From: Kineococcus radiotolerans SRS30216 = ATCC BAA-149
GTDB taxonomy: Bacteria; Actinomycetota; Actinomycetes; Actinomycetales; Kineococcaceae
Reading direction: 5' to 3'
Assembly (NCBI RefSeq): GCF_000017305.1
Contig: NC_009664.2
Span: 1,170,001-1,202,000 of the forward strand
Length of the DNA: 32,000 bases
Shown here: positions 25,630-32,000 of the stretch, piece by piece
Position numbering within the stretch: the stretch's first letter is position 1
Layout: every line of letters begins with the position of its first letter
Made by a program: the position numbers and the translations under genes
The notes under the pieces: model-generated
Database searches by the model: none
Seen by the model: the letters and a program-made list of their open reading frames with translations, nothing else
Told to the model about the DNA's origin: nothing

Positions 25630-28600
25630 CTACCGCGCGCCCGCCGCGACCGCCGCGGGCTGCTCCAGCAGCACCGCGTTCACGAACTCCGTCGCCCAGG
25701 TCAGCATCTCGGCGTCCCGCAGCGGCTTCCCGCCGACGCGGGCCGTCATCGGCGCCGGCACCAGCGCCACCGACAGCGCCGGCTTCAGCAGCGTCCCCGG
25801 GTACAGCCGCTTCAGGCGCAGTTCCCGCGACTCGGGCAGGTCGATGGGGGCGAAGCGGACCTGCTTGCCCTGCAGCGACACCTCGCGCAACCCGGCCTTG
25901 CGGGCGACGATGCGGAACTTCGCCACCTCCAGCAGGTTGAGCACCGGCTGCGGCGGGGTGCCGTAGCGGTCGACGAGCTCGGCGTGCAGCTCGACGAGGT
26001 CGGTGTCGGAGTTCGCCGCGGCCAGGCGCCGGTAGGCGTCCAGGCGCAGCCGCTCCGAGGGCACGTAGTCGTGCGGCACGTGCGCGTCGACCGGCAGCTC
26101 GATCTTGACCTCGGTGGGTTCGGGTTCCTCGTCGCTCTGCGCACCGGGCACCTGGTTGCGCACGTCGGCGACGGCGTCGGCGACCATCCGCATGTAGAGG
26201 TCGAAACCGACGCCGGCGATGTGCCCGGACTGCTCCCCGCCGAGCATGTTGCCCGCCCCGCGGATCTCGAGGTCCTTCATCGCCACCGCCATGCCCGAGC
26301 CGAGGTCGGTGTGCTGGGCGATCGTCGCGAGCCGGTCGTGGGCGGTCTCGGTGAGGGGCTTCTCCGGCGGGAAGAGGAAGTAGGCGTAGGCGCGCTCGCG
26401 CCCGCGCCCGACGCGGCCGCGCAGCTGGTGCAGCTGCGAGAGACCCATCGCGTCGGCCCGTTCCACGATGAGGGTGTTGGCGTTGGAGATGTCCAGGCCG
26501 GTCTCGACGATGGTCGTGCAGACCAGGACGTCGAACCGCTTCTCCCAGAAGTCCACCACGACCTGCTCGAGGCGGTGCTCGCCCATCTGCCCGTGCGCGG
26601 TCGCGATGCGGGCCTCGGGGACGAGCTCCTTCAGCCGCGCCGCGGTCCGCTCGATGGAGGACACCCGGTTGTGGACGTAGAACACCTGGCCCTCGCGCAG
26701 CAGCTCGCGCCGGATCGCGGCGGTGATCTGCTTCTCCTCCTGGCCCCCGACGTAGGTGAGGACGGGGTGGCGCTCCTCCGGCGGGGTGGCCAGCGTCGAC
26801 ATCTCCCGGATGCCGGTGACGGCCATCTCCAGGGTGCGCGGGATCGGGGTCGCGCTCATCGCGAGGACGTCGACGTTGGTGCGCAGCGTCTTCAGGGCCT
26901 CCTTGTGCTCGACGCCGAAGCGCTGCTCCTCGTCGACCACGACGAGGCCGAGGTCCTTGAACGCCACCTCCCCGCTGAGCAGGCGGTGGGTGCCGATGAC
27001 GATGTCGACCGAGCCGTCGGCCAGGCCCTTGATCGTCTCCTTGGCCTCCTTGCCCGGCGTGAAGCGGGACAGCGGCTTGGCGACGACGGGGAACTGCGCG
27101 TACCGCTCCGCGAACGTCTTGAAGTGCTGCTGCACCAGCAGCGTCGTCGGCACCAGGACCGCGACCTGCTTGCCGTCCTGGACGGCCTTGAACGCCGCCC
27201 GCAGCGCGATCTCCGTCTTGCCGTAGCCGACGTCGCCGCAGATGAGCCGGTCCATCGGGACCGGTTTCATCATGTCGGCCTTGACCTCGTCGATGCTGGC
27301 CAGCTGGTCGGGGGTCTCGACGTAGGGGAAGGCGTCCTCGAGCTCGCGCTGCCACGGGGTGTCGGGACCGAACTGGTACCCCTTGGTCGCCATCCGGGCC
27401 GAGTACAGCTTGATGAGGTCCCCGGCGATCTGCTTGACCGCCCGGCGGGCGTTGCTCTTCGTCTTCGCCCAGTCCGAGCCGCCCATCTTGGACAGCGTCG
27501 GCGCCTCGCCCCCGGTGTACTTGGTGACCTGGTCGAGGGTGTCGGTGGGCACGAACAGCCGGTCGCCGGGCTGACCGCGCTTGCTGGGGGCGTACTCCAG
27601 GACGAGGTACTCGCGGGTGGCGCCCTGGATCGTGCGCTGGACCATCTCGACGAACCGGCCCACGCCGTGCTGCTCGTGGACGACGAAGTCGCCCGGGCGC
27701 AGGGTCAGCGGGTCCACGGCGTTGCGGCGCCGGCGCGGGGCCATCCGGCGCATGTCCTTGGTGGACTGCCCCCCGACCCCGGTGATGTCGGCCTCGGTGA
27801 CCAGCGCCGCCTTCAGCGCCTCGGCGACGAAGCCGTGCTCGACGGTGGCCGTGGTGACGGTCACCACCGACGGGGCGGGTTCCTCCACGAGGTCGTCGAC
27901 GAGGCGGGCCGGGACGTCCTCACCGGAGAGCATCTCCACCAGCCGCTTCGCCGGCCCGTGCCCCTCCGTCGTCACCACGATGCGCCACCCCGCCGAGGCG
28001 AGGTCGCGCAGCTCGCGCAACGCCTTCTCCGTCTCCCCCCGGTAGGCCTCGACGTCGCGGGCGCCGATGCGCAGGATCCGGACGTCCTCGAGGTCGCGCA
28101 GGTCCGCGTCGGCGGTCAGGGAGGTGATGGACCACCACGGGCGGCCGGTGGCCTCGGCGTGGGCGCGGACCTCGGCCAGCGTCGCGAACGACGACGACCC
28201 CAGGTCGACGGGGGTCGCTCCCCCGGCGGCGGCGTTCATCCAGGCCGCGTCGAGGAACTCCGCCCCCGTGGCGACGAGGTCGTGGGCGCGGGCGCGGACC
28301 TTCTCCGGGTCGGCCAGCACGACGTGCGTGCCCGCGGGCAGCACGTCCAGCAGCGGCTCCATGCCGTCGACGAGGGCCGGGGCCAGCGACTCCATGCCCT
28401 CCACCGCGATGCCCTCGGCGATCTTGGCCAGGACGTCGGCGGCCCCGGGCAGGGTCTCCATCAACGCGCGGGCCCGTTCGCGCACCACGTCGGTGAGCAG
28501 CAGCTCCCGGCACGGCGGGGCCCACACGCCGTCGGGCTCCACCTCCAGGGTGCGCTGGTCGGCCACCGAGAACGAGCGGACCTCCTCGACCTCGTCGCCG

Positions 28601-29217
28601 AAGAACTCCACCCGCAGCGGGTGCGGGCGCGTCGGGGGGAAGACGTCGAGGATCCCGCCGCGCACGGCGAACTCCCCGCGCCGCTCGACCATGTCGACCC
28701 GGCTGTAGGCCGCGGCGGCCAGCGCCTCCACGGCGGTCTCCAGCCCGGCGTCGTCGCCCGCGCGCAGCCGGACGGGTTCGAGGTCGGCCAGCCCCTTGAC
28801 CAGCGGCTGCAGCACGGCCCGGATCGGCGCCACCACGACCCGGACCTCCCCCGTCGTGGGGTCGTCGGGCGAGGGGTGGGCCAGGCGGCGCAGCACCGCG
28901 AGCCGCTGCGCGACGGTGTCGCTGCGCGGGGAGAGCCGCTCGTGCGGCAGCGTCTCCCAGGCCGGGAACTCCGCGACCTGGTCCGCGGGCAGGTAGCACC
29001 GCAGCCAGGTGGCCATGTCCTCGCACTCGCGGCCGGTGGCGGTGACGACGAGCAGCGGGCGCTCGGCGGCGAAGGCCGCGACGAGCGCGGGGCGCACGCC
29101 CACGGGCGCGACGACGTCGAGCGCGGTGCTGGTGCCCTCGCGCGCGGTCTCGACGGCGGCGCGGACGGCGGGTTCGGTGCGCAGGACGTCGAGCAGGCCG
29201 TTGAGGCTCACGAACAC
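25630..29217 (-). CDS. mfd: Transcription-repair coupling factor Mfd
   Basis: 1195 aa. It has the UvrB-homology N-terminus, RNAP-interaction domain ([14 protein letters not shown]), SF2 helicase motifs ([37 protein letters not shown]) and the TRG and C-terminal autoinhibitory domains. Confidence 0.97.
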   Translation of the reverse strand: MFVSLNGLLDVLRTEPAVRAAVETAREGTSTALDVVAPVGVRPALVAAFAAERPLLVVTATGRECEDMATWLRCYLPADQVAEFPAWETLPHERLSPRSDTVAQRLAVLRRLAHPSPDDPTTGEVRVVVAPIRAVLQPLVKGLADLEPVRLRAGDDAGLETAVEALAAAAYSRVDMVERRGEFAVRGGILDVFPPTRPHPLRVEFFGDEVEEVRSFSVADQRTLEVEPDGVWAPPCRELLLTDVVRERARALMETLPGAADVLAKIAEGIAVEGMESLAPALVDGMEPLLDVLPAGTHVVLADPEKVRARAHDLVATGAEFLDAAWMNAAAGGATPVDLGSSSFATLAEVRAHAEATGRPWWSITSLTADADLRDLEDVRILRIGARDVEAYRGETEKALRELRDLASAGWRIVVTTEGHGPAKRLVEMLSGEDVPARLVDDLVEEPAPSVVTVTTATVEHGFVAEALKAALVTEADITGVGGQSTKDMRRMAPRRRRNAVDPLTLRPGDFVVHEQHGVGRFVEMVQRTIQGATREYLVLEYAPSKRGQPGDRLFVPTDTLDQVTKYTGGEAPTLSKMGGSDWAKTKSNARRAVKQIAGDLIKLYSARMATKGYQFGPDTPWQRELEDAFPYVETPDQLASIDEVKADMMKPVPMDRLICGDVGYGKTEIALRAAFKAVQDGKQVAVLVPTTLLVQQHFKTFAERYAQFPVVAKPLSRFTPGKEAKETIKGLADGSVDIVIGTHRLLSGEVAFKDLGLVVVDEEQRFGVEHKEALKTLRTNVDVLAMSATPIPRTLEMAVTGIREMSTLATPPEERHPVLTYVGGQEEKQITAAIRRELLREGQVFYVHNRVSSIERTAARLKELVPEARIATAHGQMGEHRLEQVVVDFWEKRFDVLVCTTIVETGLDISNANTLIVERADAMGLSQLHQLRGRVGRGRERAYAYFLFPPEKPLTETAHDRLATIAQHTDLGSGMAVAMKDLEIRGAGNMLGGEQSGHIAGVGFDLYMRMVADAVADVRNQVPGAQSDEEPEPTEVKIELPVDAHVPHDYVPSERLRLDAYRRLAAANSDTDLVELHAELVDRYGTPPQPVLNLLEVAKFRIVARKAGLREVSLQGKQVRFAPIDLPESRELRLKRLYPGTLLKPALSVALVPAPMTARVGGKPLRDAEMLTWATEFVNAVLLEQPAAVAAGAR

Positions 29218-29338
29218 TCCGGTACTCAGGTGCGGGAACTCGATCAGGGGGTGCGGTCAGCCTACGTCCGCCCTGCGACACGGGCCCCCGCGAGCGGCGG
29301 CGGACCGGGACCCGCGGGCCGCTCGCTACTGTCCCCGG

Positions 29339-31135
29339 GTGTCCGGCTACTCCGAGCAGTCCCCCGCCGACCCGCCGGCCCCGCCGCCGACGACCCGCCG
29401 CCGGCGGGGACGCCCGGTGCGGGTCGTCCTGGGTGTCCTGCTCCTGCTGCTGCTGGCCTGGGTCGTGGCCGTCGCGGTGGCGGGGGTGCAGGCGGGCCGG
29501 GCGCTGCAGCGCGTCGCCGACGCGGTCCCCGTCCTCGAGCAGCAGGTCCGCGACGAGGACCTCGCCGCGGCCGGGACGACGGCGGACCGGGTCGCCGACG
29601 ACGCCGCGGCCGCTGACCGCGCCACCGCCCAGCTGCCCTACCGCCTCGCCGAGCACGTCCCCCGGGTCGGGGACCAGCTGGCCGCCGTACGCGGCGGTGC
29701 GCGCGCGGCCGCGCTGCTCACGCAGCCGCTGCCGGACGCGCTGGCGGTGGCCGAGGACGTCGTGGGCGAGGGTCTCGTCTCCGCGGACCGCACGGTGGAC
29801 GTCGCCGGCCTCCAGCGGCTGACCCCGATCGTCACCGGGTACCGGGAGCGGGTCGCCGAGGCCCGCGCGGCCCTGCACGCCGGGGAGGGCCCGCACGTGC
29901 TGGACGCGATCAGCGAGCGCCTCGACCCCGTCACCGCGCAGCTCGACGACCTCGCCGACCCGCTGGACACCGCCGCGGAGGTCCTCCCCCGCCTGCCCGC
30001 CCTGCTCGGGGCGGAGGGCGCCCGCACCTACCTGGTGGCCTTCACCAACCCCGCCGAGATCCGCCCGGTCCAGGGCATCGTCGGCGCCTACGCCTACCTG
30101 GCCGTGGAGGGCGGGCGGATCTCGCTGACCCGGACCGGGACGGACAACGACCTCTACGACGCCCGCGCCGACGTCGCGGCCGCGGGGGCGGAGTTCGCCG
30201 CGCTCTACGGCGAGGACGCCGCCATCGTGCAGAACGTCACCACCGGCGGCAGCGCCGACGAGGCCGGGGTCCTCACCTCCTCCCTCGTCGCCGACGCGGG
30301 GCTGCCCGTGCCGGACGTCGTCGTCTTCGTCGACCCGGTCGGCCTGGGTCAGCTCCTGGGCCCCGACCACGCGCCGCTGCAGCTGGGTCCCTTCGGCGAC
30401 GTCGCGACGGCCGACCTGGCCAGGGTCCTCATGTACGACGCCTACGTCACCTACGGGGCCGACAACGACGCCCGCAAGCTGTTCCTGGCCGCGACCTCGG
30501 CGGCCGCCTTCGAGGCCGTCCTCTCCGACGGGCTGTCCACCGCGGCGCTCGACGGCGCCCGGACCGCCGTCGACTCCGGCCACCTGGCCGTCTGGTCCTC
30601 GCGGGCGGAGGAGCAGGCGGCGCTGGTGAGCGCGGGGGTCGCCGGGGTGCTGGGCGACCCCGCGCAGGCCGGGCCGGTCGCCCGGATCGGGCTCACCAAC
30701 ACCGAGCCCTCCAAGCTCGACTTCTGGTTGCAGCCCGCCGTCGAGGTCTCCGCCCCCTGCGCCACCACCGGCACGGGACGCTCCTCGGTGCAGCTGACGC
30801 TGACGAACACCGTCCCCGAGGACATCCCGGCCTACGTGGCCAACGCCACGGCGCGGACGGCGGCGGGCAAGCGCACCGCGCAGGACACCGTGTCGCTCTG
30901 GGTCGCGCCCTGGGTGGGGCTGGACCGGGTCACCGTCGGCGGGCAGCCCGTCGCCACCGCCGTCGACGCGGAGGAGGGCTGGCGGCTGGTGCGCCTCACC
31001 GTCGACGTGCCCCCCGGCGCCCCGGTGGTCGTGCGCTGGGAGCTGAGCGGTGCCGCCGAGGACCTCCCGCGGACGGTGACGGGGCCCACCACCGCGATCG
31101 CACCGGCGGTGACGACCGGTGCCTGTGCTCCGTGA
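29339..31135 (+). CDS. DUF4012 domain-containing membrane-anchored protein
   Basis: The GTG 29339 start is chosen so that the Pro/Arg-rich N-terminus is followed by a single TM (VVLGVLLLLLLAWVVAVAVAG). The segment YLVAFTNPAEIRPVQGIVGAYAYLAVEGGRISL matches my recollection of the DUF4012 core (..F.N.AE.R.tGG..Ga.a.l....G...). The longer ORF (29009) would overlap mfd. Confidence 0.78.
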   Translation: MSGYSEQSPADPPAPPPTTRRRRGRPVRVVLGVLLLLLLAWVVAVAVAGVQAGRALQRVADAVPVLEQQVRDEDLAAAGTTADRVADDAAAADRATAQLPYRLAEHVPRVGDQLAAVRGGARAAALLTQPLPDALAVAEDVVGEGLVSADRTVDVAGLQRLTPIVTGYRERVAEARAALHAGEGPHVLDAISERLDPVTAQLDDLADPLDTAAEVLPRLPALLGAEGARTYLVAFTNPAEIRPVQGIVGAYAYLAVEGGRISLTRTGTDNDLYDARADVAAAGAEFAALYGEDAAIVQNVTTGGSADEAGVLTSSLVADAGLPVPDVVVFVDPVGLGQLLGPDHAPLQLGPFGDVATADLARVLMYDAYVTYGADNDARKLFLAATSAAAFEAVLSDGLSTAALDGARTAVDSGHLAVWSSRAEEQAALVSAGVAGVLGDPAQAGPVARIGLTNTEPSKLDFWLQPAVEVSAPCATTGTGRSSVQLTLTNTVPEDIPAYVANATARTAAGKRTAQDTVSLWVAPWVGLDRVTVGGQPVATAVDAEEGWRLVRLTVDVPPGAPVVVRWELSGAAEDLPRTVTGPTTAIAPAVTTGACAP

Positions 31136-31271
31136 GGGTTCACCCGGACGTGTGGATGTCGTCGCTCAGGTCTCGACACGCGCACGGATGGGCTCGACCG
31201 GCTGGACTCACGCGTGACGTTCCGTCATCCTGGGGTCCGTCTCGCGATCACTGGGTTCGGCGAGGCTTCGA

Positions 31272-31664
31272 ATGTGGGGGGAACACACCGTGCGCAAGAC
31301 CACCGCTCGACTCGCAGCCGCCGGGGCTCTGACGGTCGCCGTCATCGGCTCGACCGGCGGCGCCGCCTTCGCCGGCAACTACGCGCCGGCCACGCCGACG
31401 CCGTCCGTCTCGGACGTCGTCACGCCGTCCGCCAGCCCGACCACCGGCGGGTCGACCCCGTCGGCCTCCGTCTCGCCCTCCGTCTCCGGGGTCGCGACGA
31501 CCACCAGCCGCACCAGCACCCCGGGTGCCGTCGCCGACAGCGGTGACGAGCTGGCCTACACCGGCGCCGACGTCCTGCCCTGGGCGGCCGCCGGCACCGT
31601 GCTCGTCCTCGGTGGCGCCGCGATGGTCGTGGCCGGTCGCCGCAAGCCGGGCCGCTCGCACTGA
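31272..31664 (+). CDS. Small LAxTG-motif cell-wall-anchored protein (signal peptide + Ser/Thr/Pro stalk + LAYTG + TM + RRKPGR tail)
   Basis: The C-terminal sorting signal is LAYTG, followed by a hydrophobic stretch (ADVLPWAAAGTVLVLGGAAMVVAG) and a basic tail (RRKPGRSH). The N-terminal signal peptide is TTARLAAAGALTVAVIGSTGGAAFA. The start may instead be in-frame GTG 31290. Confidence 0.75.
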   Translation: MWGEHTVRKTTARLAAAGALTVAVIGSTGGAAFAGNYAPATPTPSVSDVVTPSASPTTGGSTPSASVSPSVSGVATTTSRTSTPGAVADSGDELAYTGADVLPWAAAGTVLVLGGAAMVVAGRRKPGRSH

Positions 31665-31683
31665 CGCGACACCGAACGCAGGA

Positions 31684-31709
31684 GGGCCGCCAGGAGATCC
31701 TGGCGGCCC
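31684..31709 (+). terminator. 11-bp GC hairpin followed by a T-containing tail, downstream of the LAYTG gene
   Basis: GGGCCGCCAGG-AGAT-CCTGGCGGCCC followed by TTCCT, 20 nt after the stop at 31664. Confidence 0.5.
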
Positions 31710-31839
31710 TTCCTCGTGGTCCGTGATCGCATCCAGGTTCCGGTCCTGCCCGTATCATGTCCAGTGTCACCTGGGCAGCCGAGCCGGTCGCTCACGTGGC
31801 AGCGACCTCGTGGAGATCTGCTGAGGCTCCGGCAAGGCC

Positions 31840-32000
31840 TCAGGAACGTGCCTCGATGAGCTCATCGAGTTGGTGGTCGAAAGAGGCGGCGACAGCCTCC
31901 CATGTGAAGTTGTCCACGAGCCGCGCCCTCCCGTGGTCCGCGAGGCGCTCGCGCAGCCCGCGGTCCTCCGCCATGCGCCGCAAGGTCTGGGCCAGTTCGA
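31840..32000 (-). CDS. Glycosyltransferase (GT-B, GT4-like) C-terminal fragment; rest outside window
   Basis: My hand translation of the minus strand gives ...ELAQTLRRMAEDRGLRERLADHGRARLVDNFTWEAVAASFDHQLDELIEARS-stop (TGA at 31840-31842). The pattern (L..D..LR..L...gr......FsWe.va) is the typical GT4 C-terminus. It is not in the supplied ORF track because it is truncated. Confidence 0.55.
   Translation of the reverse strand, partial: ELAQTLRRMAEDRGLRERLADHGRARLVDNFTWEAVAASFDHQLDELIEARS

Noticed and set aside
25336-29616. 1426-aa plus-strand ORF (and the 887-aa minus ORF 27920..30583, and the 701-aa minus ORF 25250..27355) overlapping mfd
   Set aside because: mfd is full length with all helicase and TRCF motifs in its own frame. 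These alternatives are low-complexity Arg/Gly/Pro/Asp translations of the other frames.

Overview
High-GC (roughly 73-75% by eye) Actinomycetota chromosomal segment, tightly packed with about 30 protein genes and one tRNA. It is mostly core housekeeping. The right two-thirds reproduces the conserved actinobacterial block mfd - mazG - eno - ftsB-like - DUF501 - ppx (order as in M. tuberculosis Rv1020-Rv1026). The left third holds sulfur amino-acid genes (metB-like, msrA, cbs), a NarL-type two-component locus, a DUF993/Gfo-Idh-MocA pair, a MacAB-like HlyD/ABC/FtsX exporter, a BI-1/YccA membrane protein, tRNA-Leu(UAA), a family-5-like uracil-DNA glycosylase and small SRPBCC and YjbR proteins. The right edge enters a probable cell-envelope locus (DUF4012, a tiny LAYTG sortase substrate, a glycosyltransferase fragment) where GC drops. 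I found no CRISPR array, transposase, integrase, phage gene, toxin-antitoxin pair, recognisable defence system or biosynthetic cluster, and I cannot point to a clear-cut novel system. The best candidates are all moderate: (1) a response regulator + histidine kinase + translationally coupled kinase-like paralogue that seems to lack ATP-binding motifs; (2) a rare TTCCGGAA palindrome found only in the promoters of a GH10 xylanase and the uncharacterised DUF993/oxidoreductase operon, suggesting a shared regulon; (3) a xylanase + SGNH hydrolase pair between mfd and mazG, followed by a 0.5-kb gap with coding-like periodicity; (4) a bldA-like tRNA-Leu(UAA); (5) the DUF4012/LAYTG locus. The many long ORFs antisense to recognised genes are high-GC shadow ORFs. 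Gene starts were refined by eye using RBS-like motifs and 4-nt start/stop overlaps and remain provisional.
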